Assembly: GCA_964452565.1 (NCBI GenBank)
Contig: CAYVLY010000001.1
Coordinates: 515,053 to 579,052, forward strand
DNA: 64,000 nt
Origin: an uncultured Gammaproteobacteria bacterium
Lineage (GTDB): Bacteria > Patescibacteriota > Patescibacteriia > UBA9934
Direction of reading: 5' to 3'
Shown: positions 37,897 through 47,995 of the stretch, piece after piece
How positions within the stretch are numbered: position 1 is the first letter of the stretch
Layout of the letters: every line of letters begins with the position of its first letter
Notes under the pieces: generated by a model
Told to the model about the DNA's origin: nothing
The model's database searches: none
What the model saw: only the letters and a program-made list of their open reading frames with translations
Made by a program: the position numbers and the translations under genes

Positions 37897-38508
37897 TTAT
37901 TTGATTATCTTATCAACCAATCCGTACGCAAGAGATTCCTTTGCTGTTAGGAACTTATCGCGTTCAGTATCATCTGCAACCTTCTTTAATGGCTGGCCGG
38001 CATGCTTTGAAATGATCTTATTGAGAGAATCCTTTACAGCCAGAATGCGCTCAGCGTGAATCTTGATATCTGTTGCCTGCCCTTGGACCCCACCAAGCAC
38101 CTGGTGAATCATAACTTCTGAGTTTGGAAGAACAAATCGCTTACCCTTCTCTCCTGCAGTTAATAGCACCGCTCCCATTGATGCCGCCATTCCAACACAG
38201 ATGGTTGAAACACTTGGCTTGATGTATTGCATGGTGTCATAGATCGCCAACCCGGCAGTAACTGATCCACCCGGAGAATTAATGTATAGCTTGATATCCC
38301 GCTCCTGATCCTGGCTTTCCAAAAATAGCAACTGAGCAATCACAGCATTTGCTACTGTGTCATCAATAGCACTTCCAAGAAAGATGATGCGATCTTTCAG
38401 AAGTCTTGAGTAAATATCATATGCCCGCTCACCATGATGTGTTTTCTCAACAACGGTTGGAATCAACACCTGCGAACGAATCTCTGGAGTAATGTTTTCT
38501 TTATTCAT
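37897..38508 (-). CDS. clpP: ATP-dependent Clp protease proteolytic subunit
   Basis: ClpP motifs ([19 protein letters not shown], active-site region [11 protein letters not shown]). The track ORF extends to a TTG at 38544, but ATG at the complement of 38506-38508 is the likely start. Confidence 0.9.
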   Translation of the reverse strand: MNKENITPEIRSQVLIPTVVEKTHHGERAYDIYSRLLKDRIIFLGSAIDDTVANAVIAQLLFLESQDQERDIKLYINSPGGSVTAGLAIYDTMQYIKPSVSTICVGMAASMGAVLLTAGEKGKRFVLPNSEVMIHQVLGGVQGQATDIKIHAERILAVKDSLNKIISKHAGQPLKKVADDTERDKFLTAKESLAYGLVDKIIK

Positions 38509-38515
38509 ATATTTG

Positions 38516-38544
38516 ATTATATCAGGGTGATCAGAGGTGATCAA
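38516..38544 (-). promoter_or_regulatory. clpP promoter (TTGATC-17-TATAAT) overlapped by an 8-bp direct repeat
   Basis: On the minus strand the sequence reads TTGATCACCTCTGATCACCCTGATATAAT. The plus-strand repeat is GGTGATCA at 38526-38533 and 38536-38543. Confidence 0.45.
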
Positions 38545-38582
38545 AGGTTGTTAGAAGTAATTATCACCTTTTCCACCTTTTA

Positions 38583-39566
38583 TTACTTCTTATCACTTTT
38601 TCCCATCACGAACCACTGCCCGTCTTTTTCTTCCAGTCGGGCGTCTGCAATCTGAAACCCAGCTGCGCGTATGTGCCCGCCGCCGCCATACTTCCCTGCC
38701 AACTCTGCAACATTTACAGTATGTGACCGAAGACTTCCCTTCACAGATCCATCATCGCGTTCGTAATAAACAAGCGCAGTGTCCGCCCCATCAACCATCG
38801 CATTCAAAAAGTTGATCAACCCCTGAAGATCCTCAGCTTCGGCACCCAAATCTTTCATATCCTTTAGCGTGATCGCTGTTGCGATCGCATCAAACTCATC
38901 ATTGTGATGCAGACGCTCAAACGCAAGCCCCCAAAGTTTCAAAGCTGGAACTGACTTGTTCATCATAGTTTCACGTACAATCTCTTGAAGTCGTGCACCG
39001 TATCGAGAAAGCTCATGCGCCGCATCCAAACATGCAGCATCTGTGTTTGTTGTAGAAAATATATTTGTATCTGTACAAATCCCCGTGAGAATACACTGTG
39101 CGGCAGCTTTACTCATTGGATAGTTCATTGCCTTTACAAATCGCCATACAACACCAGAGGCAGATGCAGAGTGATCTTCGACCAGATTGATTGTTCCATA
39201 TCTAGGATTGGTGACATGATGATCAACAACGATCAATGGTGAACGCTTTGGCAGTTTTGGAAGCAGGTCTTTAATATACTCACCATCAGCGCAATCAAAA
39301 ATCATCACCAAGTCAATCGAATCATCCTCAAAAACTTCATCGCTATATTGAATCTGCCCAATGCCTGGCATAAAAGAAAACGTTGCTGGAATCTCGCGTG
39401 GAGAATACACAACAACGTCCTTATTCATTGCTTTTAAAATATGATACATCCCAAGAGTCGCGCCAACAGTATCACCGTCAATCCGCTCATCTGTAAGTAG
39501 CAAAATACGACCCGCCCGCTGTACCTCCGCATCAATCCTCTTGTACGTCATCTGGATCATAAGCAC
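38583..39566 (-). CDS. nrnA: DHH/DHHA1 phosphoesterase (NrnA-like nanoRNase/pAp phosphatase)
   Basis: DHH motif (IVVDHHV) and DHHA1 motif (GGGHIRAAG). Confidence 0.7.
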   Translation of the reverse strand: MLMIQMTYKRIDAEVQRAGRILLLTDERIDGDTVGATLGMYHILKAMNKDVVVYSPREIPATFSFMPGIGQIQYSDEVFEDDSIDLVMIFDCADGEYIKDLLPKLPKRSPLIVVDHHVTNPRYGTINLVEDHSASASGVVWRFVKAMNYPMSKAAAQCILTGICTDTNIFSTTNTDAACLDAAHELSRYGARLQEIVRETMMNKSVPALKLWGLAFERLHHNDEFDAIATAITLKDMKDLGAEAEDLQGLINFLNAMVDGADTALVYYERDDGSVKGSLRSHTVNVAELAGKYGGGGHIRAAGFQIADARLEEKDGQWFVMGKSDKK

Positions 39567-39601
39567 AGCAGCTTAACTCTTAGTATGGTTTACGTCAAGT
39601 A

Positions 39602-40042
39602 TTACAGCAAAATCGACAGAAGAACGGTGATAGACATCAAAACGGTTGTGATAGCAGAGGCAACACACCAGGGGCACCATTTCTTCAATATAAACGCCAT
39701 AATGTACACAAAACGGGTCGACATGATTAGAGCTACTATTAGCCCAATTAAAAAAATCAGATGCAACAATTCAAGTGGCTCATCTGATGCGATTGAAGGC
39801 CCGCCAACTAGCACCCCTAATAATGTAATGCTATGAACACCAAACGTAAAACCATAAAACGCCAACCCAAGCACATCATTATGGACCCCAAATGTCTTAT
39901 TATACTTGCTCTCTAGTACTCCATTGCATTTACCTGGACCAGTGCAGACTGGCTTTTGATTCTTACGACGCCTTGCGATCAAATACGTTGTTTCCCCGAT
40001 CCCTGCAAGGGCCAAGAGAATCATAATAATAAAGTATGTCAT
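39602..40042 (-). CDS. VKOR-family (vitamin K epoxide reductase-like) membrane thiol oxidoreductase
   Basis: 146 aa, 4 TM, a loop Cys pair (CTGPGKC) and a CPWC active-site motif. Confidence 0.5.
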   Translation of the reverse strand: MTYFIIMILLALAGIGETTYLIARRRKNQKPVCTGPGKCNGVLESKYNKTFGVHNDVLGLAFYGFTFGVHSITLLGVLVGGPSIASDEPLELLHLIFLIGLIVALIMSTRFVYIMAFILKKWCPWCVASAITTVLMSITVLLSILL

Positions 40043-40105
40043 ATAGATTTATTATACACGCTTTCTCTTTGATCCGCCTGTCCTGTTTGATACAATAGAG
40101 CCGTT

Positions 40106-42442
40106 ATGCACCTACAACGATTAGAACTTCAAGGCTTTAAGACATTTGCTAAAAAGACAACGCTGGACTTCTCTGCGCCAAAGAAAAACAAACACGCACT
40201 TACTGTGATTGTTGGACCAAATGGATCGGGAAAATCCAACATAGCTGATGCAATACGATGGTGCCTAGGAGAGCAATCAATGAAAATGCTTCGCGGAAAA
40301 AAAAGTGAAGACATTATTTTTTCTGGTTCAAAAGGCAAATCGCGTTCTGGAATGGCTGAGGTCACGATGACAATTAACAACTCAGACAAAGCAATGCCAG
40401 TTGATTATGAAGAGGTTGTAATTACCCGCCGGCTATATCGCGATGGACAGTCAGATTATCTACTTAACGGAAAACCAGTTCGACTTGCTGATATTCAACT
40501 ACTTCTAGCGCAGGCAGGCATTGGTCAACGGACCTACTCAGTTGTTGGACAAGGGATGATTGATCATGTGCTCACCGCCTCACCTGAAGAGCGAAAAGTG
40601 TTTTTTGATGATGCAACTGGTGTTCGCGGACTTCAGATCAAGCGACATCAAGCCATGCTTAAGCTACAAAAAGCTAGTGACAACTTATCGGAGGTTGAAA
40701 TGCTTTTGGCTGAAATCTCTCCTAGACTTCGATCATTGAAACGCCAGGTAAAGCGACTTGAGAAACGCGAGGTCGTTGAAGTAGAGCTTTGCGAGGTTCA
40801 AAACACTTACTTTGGAGGTCTTTGGTCGCAACTACAAGGTGAGCTTAATGGTGTAAGTAAAAAACTAGATGGTGTTGAGGATCAGATCAAACATAAACAA
40901 AAAGAACTAGATAATGGTGACAAGCAGCTCCTTGAACTTGAAAAGCAGTCATCAAAGGAAGACAAATCAGAACTCCGCGCCAAAGCACATGAAGCATACA
41001 AAAAAGCTCAGGTTGAGCTGAACAAGGCACGCCAAGAACAGTTTGATGCTGAACGAACACTTGAGCTCGCCAAGGTCAAAGCGCAATCAACCTGGTCTCC
41101 CCTGCCACTCTCCAATATCCTTAACGAGCTTGAGTCTATAACTAGCGATCAAGAGCAGGCGCTGAAAGACCTTAAAGGTGTGGAGAATATAGACGCACTC
41201 ACAAAGATAACTGATGCAATCGAGGGTATCTTTACGCGTGCAAAACAACTTCGGAAACGCCTAACAAAGCCAAATCCTGACGACTTTAAGCCAGACAAGG
41301 CAACGCTAAGATCAATCGATGACGCAAAGAATAAGATCAAAGCAGCTGAGAAAAAACTCAAAGATGCTGAGCAAGAGATGGATCAGGCCAACAAAAAGGA
41401 TGGGACTGATAAGACTGAAATCTTTACATTCCAACGAAAGTTAAGGGGGATTCAATCAGAGCTTCATACGATCGAAACTCAATCAAATCAACTTAACATC
41501 GATCGAGTACGGATCGAAACCCGAGTCGAGGGACTTGAACGCGAGATGCGTGAAGAAATCCCAGGGCGAATCGAGGAAATCAAGAACGCTCCCCTTTCAT
41601 CCATCCCGAGCGAGCGGAGCAAGTCGAGGGATCTCTCGAAGCTTGAAAGTCTTCGGTCCAGAATGCTCAGTCTCAAGCATAAGCTCGAACTAATTGGAGG
41701 AATCGATGAAGAGACTGTTACTGAGTTTGAAGAAACAAAAGAACGTCACGACTTTCTTGATGGTCAAGTCCAAGACATCCGCGAGGCAATACGTAAATCT
41801 GAAAAGGTTATTGATGAGCTCGACACAAACATCCGCACACAATCTGAAAAGGTCTTCAAGGAAATCAACAAGGAATTTCAAAAGTACTTTAAGATTCTCT
41901 TCGGTGGTGGAAGTTGCGGACTAATCAAGATGAAGCAGGAAGATGTAAAGAAAGAAACCAAGGTGAGTTTAGATCGTGCCATGGAAGCACTTGCACAAGA
42001 ACAGATCGAAGAAGAGGAGGAGGATGAAAACTCAGTGAGTGCAATCATGAAGCGTGTTAAAAAACGCAGAGATCATGTTGCCGGTATCGAAATCCAAGCA
42101 ACACCTCCAGGCAAACGACTCAAGGCTTTGAATCTTCTTTCTGGTGGTGAGCGTGCACTCACATCAATCGCTTTGCTTTCAGCAATAATGGCTACTAACC
42201 CTTCCCCATTTGTGGTACTTGATGAGGTTGATGCAGCGCTTGATGAGGCAAACACAGTACGATTCGCAAATATTCTTGATGAACTTCAGAAGCTCACTCA
42301 GTTCATTGTAGTGACTCACAACCGCGCTACTATGGAACACGCAGATCTACTGTATGGAGTAAGCATGGGAGACGATGGGGTTTCGAATCTATTATCGGTA
42401 CAACTATCAGATGTGAAAGAAAACGGAACAACACGAAGGTAA
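40106..42442 (+). CDS. smc: SMC-family ATPase, short form (778 aa)
   Basis: N-terminal Walker A (GPNGSGKSNIADAIRWCLGEQS), a long coiled coil, and C-terminal LSGGERALTSIALL plus Walker B VLDEVDAALD. It is about 400 aa shorter than a canonical SMC. Confidence 0.7.
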   Translation: MHLQRLELQGFKTFAKKTTLDFSAPKKNKHALTVIVGPNGSGKSNIADAIRWCLGEQSMKMLRGKKSEDIIFSGSKGKSRSGMAEVTMTINNSDKAMPVDYEEVVITRRLYRDGQSDYLLNGKPVRLADIQLLLAQAGIGQRTYSVVGQGMIDHVLTASPEERKVFFDDATGVRGLQIKRHQAMLKLQKASDNLSEVEMLLAEISPRLRSLKRQVKRLEKREVVEVELCEVQNTYFGGLWSQLQGELNGVSKKLDGVEDQIKHKQKELDNGDKQLLELEKQSSKEDKSELRAKAHEAYKKAQVELNKARQEQFDAERTLELAKVKAQSTWSPLPLSNILNELESITSDQEQALKDLKGVENIDALTKITDAIEGIFTRAKQLRKRLTKPNPDDFKPDKATLRSIDDAKNKIKAAEKKLKDAEQEMDQANKKDGTDKTEIFTFQRKLRGIQSELHTIETQSNQLNIDRVRIETRVEGLEREMREEIPGRIEEIKNAPLSSIPSERSKSRDLSKLESLRSRMLSLKHKLELIGGIDEETVTEFEETKERHDFLDGQVQDIREAIRKSEKVIDELDTNIRTQSEKVFKEINKEFQKYFKILFGGGSCGLIKMKQEDVKKETKVSLDRAMEALAQEQIEEEEEDENSVSAIMKRVKKRRDHVAGIEIQATPPGKRLKALNLLSGGERALTSIALLSAIMATNPSPFVVLDEVDAALDEANTVRFANILDELQKLTQFIVVTHNRATMEHADLLYGVSMGDDGVSNLLSVQLSDVKENGTTRR

Positions 42443-42483
42443 ACAAAAACACCCTTGATAACCTCGTGGGTGTTTTTTAATTT

Positions 42484-43476
42484 CTATTTCTTTTGTGCCT
42501 TTGCCCGAACTATCAGAACTATCGCACTTACTAAGACTATTAATGCCAAGAGCGATAACCAAATGCTATCAAGTACGATGAATAAGCTGATCATGATAAC
42601 CCACACAAGTGCAGCCACAACTCCGACAGCAAGATAGACTATTCCTTGCAGTCCTCGATTTAGCCCGCCTCCAAAGAATGGAATAGCTCTGAGCACTCCA
42701 GCGATTGGAGCAGCAAATTGAGAAGCTGCAATGACAAATCCTAGAACCATGAATATCAAAGAGCCAAACCTGAGACCCCACTTCGCTGCGCTATCTTGCT
42801 CTCCAAGCAATCGCTCAGTCTCATCATAACCATGAGGTGAAACTATGAAGTAACGATCACCACCCGACTTAACAACTCCGTCGTGAGCCAACCCAACAAT
42901 CAAAAGCGAATCCGAAATCTGTGCAAAGCTATATTCATATCGAATATCACCAACTGCGTCGGGATACTCCTTACTAAGATCTGACAAATCCATCGGATCT
43001 TCATAATAACGTATTGTTGCTGATTGCTCATCAACAAAAAGTGTGTCCTCGGATAGTTTAATTGTATACGCTCCGACAGTTACATCTGCAGCGCTAACTT
43101 GCTCAGACTGCTTTTCCCAAGATGTTCTTGCAACTTGATAACACGGCTCGCATCCATGTTCATCGCACTGATCATCGATCTGCTCAAGAACCCTCATGTT
43201 CTCATCGTATTGATTTAGATCCCCGCAAACAACTTCCTGAGCTTCAACAAACTCATACACTTCTTCCTGAACATAGATACATTGCACTTCACTATCTGGA
43301 CAATCAACAAGACCCCCATACTCAACCGAGCCATAAAAAGAAACATAACCATCTTGCTCTATGGTGGCATCAACTTCTTCTGCAGCACGGAAATCCTCAA
43401 CCCTATGCTGTAATTGCGAAAACCACGCAGTCATTACAGACAGAAAAATGATGAAGCAGCCAAGTAATATACGCAT
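42484..43476 (-). CDS. Hypothetical membrane protein (N-terminal signal/TM, C-terminal TM bundle)
   Basis: 330-aa ORF with hydrophobic termini. Confidence 0.4.
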   Translation of the reverse strand: MRILLGCFIIFLSVMTAWFSQLQHRVEDFRAAEEVDATIEQDGYVSFYGSVEYGGLVDCPDSEVQCIYVQEEVYEFVEAQEVVCGDLNQYDENMRVLEQIDDQCDEHGCEPCYQVARTSWEKQSEQVSAADVTVGAYTIKLSEDTLFVDEQSATIRYYEDPMDLSDLSKEYPDAVGDIRYEYSFAQISDSLLIVGLAHDGVVKSGGDRYFIVSPHGYDETERLLGEQDSAAKWGLRFGSLIFMVLGFVIAASQFAAPIAGVLRAIPFFGGGLNRGLQGIVYLAVGVVAALVWVIMISLFIVLDSIWLSLLALIVLVSAIVLIVRAKAQKK

Positions 43477-43497
43477 ACTAATCTAGAAAAATATAAA

Positions 43498-44154
43498 TTA
43501 AAACGTAAATGTAGAAACAATGTCAGTAGAGGTTTGATACGAAGGATCAAAGGTGATGCGACATGTATGAATATCGTCGCTTACATAATAAGTTCCAGAA
43601 TGAAACGATACTGCTTCTGATCCATTTAGGGAGAAATATTCACCATCCAGACCTTCATAATCAATATAATGTCTGACCTCTCCGTGCTCGCTCAATGGAG
43701 CCTGCGTACCGCAGTAAATTCCCACTGACTCAACTCCTGGATCCAATTGGTGTGGTGTGAAGTCAAAAAATACGTCAGACAAATTATTTATAACAACATA
43801 CGCTGGTGGTGGCGGACAGCATGCATCAGGTGGCATGAACCAGGATGCGGGATATGCAACAGTGTATCCATAAGTTGGATTTACATATGAGGTCCACAAG
43901 CCTGACCCATCAGCCTCTGAGACTTCTGGTTCAGAATCTACAGGCTCTTCATCCATGGTCTCGGCATCGTCAACTTCATCGTCCAATACCGAGGGATCGG
44001 ATTCTTCGTCTTGCTCTGCTTCTTGCAATACCAACACATCCTCTTCTTGGACGTCATCAGATAGCACAACCCTATAAGTAACATACGATGCAACTCCTGC
44101 TGCCAATACAGCAGCAGCTAACACTGGAATCAATAATTTTATAGGCATAAGCAT
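43498..44154 (-). CDS. Hypothetical membrane-anchored protein with an acidic linker
   Basis: 218 aa. It has an N-terminal TM followed by a D/E-rich stretch. Confidence 0.4.
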   Translation of the reverse strand: MLMPIKLLIPVLAAAVLAAGVASYVTYRVVLSDDVQEEDVLVLQEAEQDEESDPSVLDDEVDDAETMDEEPVDSEPEVSEADGSGLWTSYVNPTYGYTVAYPASWFMPPDACCPPPPAYVVINNLSDVFFDFTPHQLDPGVESVGIYCGTQAPLSEHGEVRHYIDYEGLDGEYFSLNGSEAVSFHSGTYYVSDDIHTCRITFDPSYQTSTDIVSTFTF

Positions 44155-44340
44155 GGATTTATTGGATTAAGTATATCATGCAAAAAGCTATTTGCCACCA
44201 CAGGGCTTGACCCGCCTTCGCTAAGCTACGGCGGGCAGGCAAACTGCCAGATGCCGGGACAGGGGTTGACAAACATTAATCAAAAAGCTAACATATGCGC
44301 GTAATAAACATTTTCAACAACTTAAACATCTTAAACAACT

Positions 44341-44886
44341 ATGTTAACTATTCGTCTTTCACGAACTGGAAAGAAGAAACAACCACAATATCGTATTGTT
44401 CTTCAAGAAAGTCACCGCGATCCATGGTCTCCTGCAAAAGAAATCTTAGGTCGCTACAACCCACGCGCAGAAAAAGATAACATCATCCTTGATGAAGAGC
44501 GGATTAAGCACTGGCTATCAGTTGGAGCAAAGCCATCTGCAACCGTGCATAACATACTTGTAAATGCTGGGATTATTAAGGCAGATAAACAAGGTGTTGT
44601 GACTATCAGCAAGAAGCGTACTGCTAAGATGGAGGGTAAGAAAGCAGAAAAAGCTGAAAAAGAAATAGAGGCTAAAGAAGCTGCAAAGGCAGCAAAGGAG
44701 GCCGAGAAAGCAAAGGCCACTGAAGAGAAGGAGGAAAAAGAAACTCCTGAAAAGAAGAAAGAAGGGGAGGCTCCCGCTGAAAATCCTGAGCCTGTCGAAG
44801 GGCAAGAAGAATCAAAAGAAGAAGTACAAGCCGAAGCTGAAGAAAAGCCAGCTGAAGAGGACAAGAAAGAAGAAGCTGCAGAGTAA
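44341..44886 (+). CDS. rpsP: 30S ribosomal protein S16 with a Lys/Glu-rich C-terminal extension
   Basis: MLTIRLSRTGKKKQPQYRIV... It is preceded by TTGACA-17-TAACAT and followed by a hairpin terminator at 44900-44925. Confidence 0.85.
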   Translation: MLTIRLSRTGKKKQPQYRIVLQESHRDPWSPAKEILGRYNPRAEKDNIILDEERIKHWLSVGAKPSATVHNILVNAGIIKADKQGVVTISKKRTAKMEGKKAEKAEKEIEAKEAAKAAKEAEKAKATEEKEEKETPEKKKEGEAPAENPEPVEGQEESKEEVQAEAEEKPAEEDKKEEAAE

Positions 44887-44926
44887 TCATCTTATCAATA
44901 AAACCGCCGCAAAGGCGGCTTTATGG

Positions 44927-45018
44927 TTGACAAAAACCAAAATCAGGAGTATATTCCATAGTTGCCGGATCGGGGACTCGCCCCTTTCTAGCGCCTTCAC
45001 CTTACGAAAGTAGGTGAT
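44927..45018 (+). repeat. Duplicated promoter/leader (copy 1; TTGACAAAAACCAAAATCAGGAGTATATT ... AGGTGA-ATG)
   Basis: About 90% identical to 45872-45962. It includes a TTGACA-17-TATATT promoter. Confidence 0.6.
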
Positions 45019-45807
45019 ATGTCGCCCCGAAATACTGTCAAAATCCCCTTGAGCTGGCTAGTTGCTGCCATCCTTGTGGTCATCGTAGCCCTGGTAACTC
45101 CTACTGCATCCCTGACCCTCTCCGACCTGGTAGAGGACCTTCAATCAATGCAGCAAGGCACCACTGCACATGAACTCGCTCAGCGAGACGCTCGGTTGAT
45201 TGAATGGGAGAAGCAAAAGCAAGAACGACAAAAAGCGTTTCAGCAACTTCGTAAGGAGCAGGATGCAGCATACCGAAAGATGCGTGCAGACCCCTATCAC
45301 GCCGCAGTGCCTGTTGCTCTGCTGAAAGAGCCCGAGGACCTGATTGGCTCAATGACCCCATGGTTAAATGAGCCGTGTGCACACGAATCCAACTGTGTTG
45401 AAATGCGATTTCACGAGAAACTCCGCATCCACAATCGTGAGGCATACTTCGGAGCGATCCACTTGGAGAAAACCAATCCTGTGGATGGAGCTACCAGCCT
45501 CGACAAGGGCGAGACGCTCACAGTCTATGCCTGCGGAATCGAAATTCCGCTCTATGACACAGTGGCTGAAAAGGCCATCGAGGCTCAAACCAACCACGCG
45601 CGAATGGAGCTCGTACGAAGCCAGCTGGACAAAACCTGGTACGTCGTGAAGGTCGAGGCATACAACGGGAGTATGTGGGGCACCACCCATACATACGACT
45701 GCAACGATACAACCTATGTGTGCTCATACACTTTGGACACTTGGCCTGGGCGCTATTCGCCCCCGGCCACCGAAAACCTGGCAGGACTCATTCTCCGTGG
45801 AGGATAG
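45019..45807 (+). CDS. GC-rich secreted hypothetical protein
   Basis: 262 aa with an N-terminal TM/signal. It is followed by the palindromic terminator ACCGGACC-cacgt-GGTCCGGT plus T-run. Confidence 0.45.
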   Translation: MSPRNTVKIPLSWLVAAILVVIVALVTPTASLTLSDLVEDLQSMQQGTTAHELAQRDARLIEWEKQKQERQKAFQQLRKEQDAAYRKMRADPYHAAVPVALLKEPEDLIGSMTPWLNEPCAHESNCVEMRFHEKLRIHNREAYFGAIHLEKTNPVDGATSLDKGETLTVYACGIEIPLYDTVAEKAIEAQTNHARMELVRSQLDKTWYVVKVEAYNGSMWGTTHTYDCNDTTYVCSYTLDTWPGRYSPPATENLAGLILRGG

Positions 45808-45871
45808 TCAGACGGAAGCCAGGACGCGCGACCGGACCCACGTGGTCCGGTTCTTCTTTTTGGGTAATTCA

Positions 45872-45962
45872 TTGACAAAAACCAAAATCAGGAGTATATT
45901 CCATAGTTGCCGGATTGGGGATCAGCCCTCTCTAGCACCTTCACCTTACGAAAGTAGGTGAG
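45872..45962 (+). repeat. Duplicated promoter/leader (copy 2)
   Basis: Same as 44927-45018. Confidence 0.6.
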
Positions 45963-46724
45963 ATGCCGCTCTTCAAACAGGCTCTTGATCTAATTCATTC
46001 CGCATACTGGTGGGCCAGATTCAGCTATTGGATCTTGTTGGTTCCCGCCGCAATATTCGTAGGCGCAATCGTGCTGGCGCCAGTACTTGGAGCCTTATGT
46101 GCCCACTGGAACTGCCACGACTACACCCCCCTCTCAATGCTCGACTCAATGCTCGACAGCGCCAAGACGCCCAAGTCAACACGGCAGCTGAACAATGGGC
46201 AGACTGTCACGCAATGTCAACGCAACTTCGACGGAACCATTGGGGTCGCAGACATACCCCCCGACTTGGAGGCCAAGATCAAGGAAGTCCAAAATCGCCT
46301 GTTTGATCAAGCAGGCGTCAGGGCAGATGTCTTTCTCCACAACGGCATGGAGGCATTCTACACTGAAGCATTCAATCGCATCGAGATGGAAGACGCGCCT
46401 CCGTATACATGCTACAACGTCCAGCTGCTGGTCATGCGCGACAACATCAACCTCCCTGTGTTCGACGAGCAAAGCTGCGACAAGTGCCTGACGCTTGACA
46501 ACGTCTCCCTGACGGTGATCTTGGTACAAGAAACCGGGGGTGGAAACTGGCAAATCGTCTATGCGCATGCAATCGACAACCAAGACAGAATGTTGGTGTT
46601 TGAGTGGGATATGGAAACATCAACGTACATCTTCGACAACCCCTACGATGACGGCCATTTCGACGATGCCCTCTTGGACATCCCTGTCATCAACCTGGCA
46701 AATGCCGCCCTGTGGGGCAGCTAG
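45963..46724 (+). CDS. GC-rich membrane-anchored hypothetical protein
   Basis: 253 aa with an N-terminal TM. It is followed by a GGACCGGGCCCATGTGGTCCGG terminator, a variant of the one after 45807. Confidence 0.45.
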   Translation: MPLFKQALDLIHSAYWWARFSYWILLVPAAIFVGAIVLAPVLGALCAHWNCHDYTPLSMLDSMLDSAKTPKSTRQLNNGQTVTQCQRNFDGTIGVADIPPDLEAKIKEVQNRLFDQAGVRADVFLHNGMEAFYTEAFNRIEMEDAPPYTCYNVQLLVMRDNINLPVFDEQSCDKCLTLDNVSLTVILVQETGGGNWQIVYAHAIDNQDRMLVFEWDMETSTYIFDNPYDDGHFDDALLDIPVINLANAALWGS

Positions 46725-46875
46725 ACGGACGCCAGGACCTTCGACCGGGCCCATGTGGTCCGGTTCCTTTGTTCTTAAAAACCGCCCCAACCCCTTCTCC
46801 TTCCTGAACGAAGTGAGGGATCTTCTTGAGAAGACCTCTCGCTACGCTCGAGGTGGTGCTGAGTGTAGACGGTTT

Positions 46876-47631
46876 TTATTTATTCTTTTCCGATCGCTTC
46901 TTGGATTGCTCCTCGCGCCACTTGGCGATCTTTGCATGGTCACCTGAAAGCAATATCTTTGGGACTTTCAACTCTTTTGATCCAAGTCCTTCTTTAAACT
47001 TATAGATCTCTGGCTTTGTATACTGCGGATACTCAAGGACTCCAGTTTGATTATAAGATTCCGATTCCAACGAAGACTCTTCCCCAAGCACACCTGGCAC
47101 ATTCCGAGCAATCGCATCAGTCATAATCAAAGCCGGCAATTCACCACCAGTTAAAACATACTCTCCAACAGAGAATACTTCATCAGCAATAGCTTCTTCG
47201 ACTCTGTGATCGATGCCTTCGTAACGCCCACAAATAAAAATCAGTTGATCGAACTTGGCCAAACGCTTTGCGTCACTCTGTGTAAACATCTTCCCATTTG
47301 CCGCAGTGAGAATCACGCGCGTCTTCTTCTTTCCGATCTTATTTCGAACCTTGCGCACTGCAGAATCAATCGGTTGCACAGTCATAAGCATTCCTGGTCC
47401 CCCACCGTATGGCGTATCATCAACCTTCTTGTGCTTATCTTTTGAGAACTTCCGCAGATCGTGTGCTTTGATCTTTATCAACTTCTTCTTTTGCGCACGC
47501 CCCAAGATCGACGCCTTTACATACGGCTGGATTACATCTGGAAAGAGAGTAAGGATATCGAATTTCATAATATCCTCATTGTAGCATGTCGGGAAAACAA
47601 AAACAGACCCGCGGGTCTGTTTTTGATTCAC
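46876..47631 (-). CDS. trmD: tRNA (guanine37-N1)-methyltransferase
   Basis: MKFDILTLFPDV..., a TrmD-like fold. The likely true start is near the complement of 47565. It abuts the KH gene. Confidence 0.85.
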   Translation of the reverse strand: MNQKQTRGSVFVFPTCYNEDIMKFDILTLFPDVIQPYVKASILGRAQKKKLIKIKAHDLRKFSKDKHKKVDDTPYGGGPGMLMTVQPIDSAVRKVRNKIGKKKTRVILTAANGKMFTQSDAKRLAKFDQLIFICGRYEGIDHRVEEAIADEVFSVGEYVLTGGELPALIMTDAIARNVPGVLGEESSLESESYNQTGVLEYPQYTKPEIYKFKEGLGSKELKVPKILLSGDHAKIAKWREEQSKKRSEKNK

Positions 47632-47632
47632 T

Positions 47633-47995
47633 TTACAGTGAGAGGTTATCTACAACTGAAGTATCTGTATCCTCTTCCTCAGATGCCGCTGGTGTCTCAG
47701 CCTCTGCAGCTGCTGCCTTTTGCTCAAGGTGCTGCTGTCGTGAACCTTCTGGTTCGTAGATCTTTAGGTTAACTCGTGCATTCTCACGTGCTCCAATCTT
47801 TTTGAGCAATGTGCGGATTGCACGCGCTGTCTGACCTTGTCGGCCAACCACATACCCCATATCCTCTGGGTTTATGTGAAGTGTGATAAGCACTCCTCGC
47901 TCATCAACAGTGCGCTCTGTTCGAACGTCATCTGGATTGTTAACGATCGCCTTCACAATGAATTCTGTAAATTCCTGATCAAACTCCTTAGCCAT
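47633..47995 (-). CDS. KH-domain RNA-binding protein (KhpA-like), native copy
   Basis: KH_4 motif (LITLHINPEDMGYVVGRQGQTARAIRTLL). The track ORF is extended at its N-terminus; the likely start is MAKEF. Confidence 0.7.
   Translation of the reverse strand: MAKEFDQEFTEFIVKAIVNNPDDVRTERTVDERGVLITLHINPEDMGYVVGRQGQTARAIRTLLKKIGARENARVNLKIYEPEGSRQQHLEQKAAAAEAETPAASEEEDTDTSVVDNLSL

Noticed and set aside
44454-44890. Three minus-strand ORFs (44454-44864, 44518-44805, 44672-44890) inside rpsP
   Set aside because: They are mirror low-complexity translations of the Lys/Glu/Ala-rich rpsP tail. Not genes.
46010-46583. Alternative-frame ORFs within 45963-46724 (46010-46306+, 46195-46491+, 46176-46583-)
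   Set aside because: GC-driven open frames nested in the better-supported secreted-protein ORF, which has its own leader and terminator.
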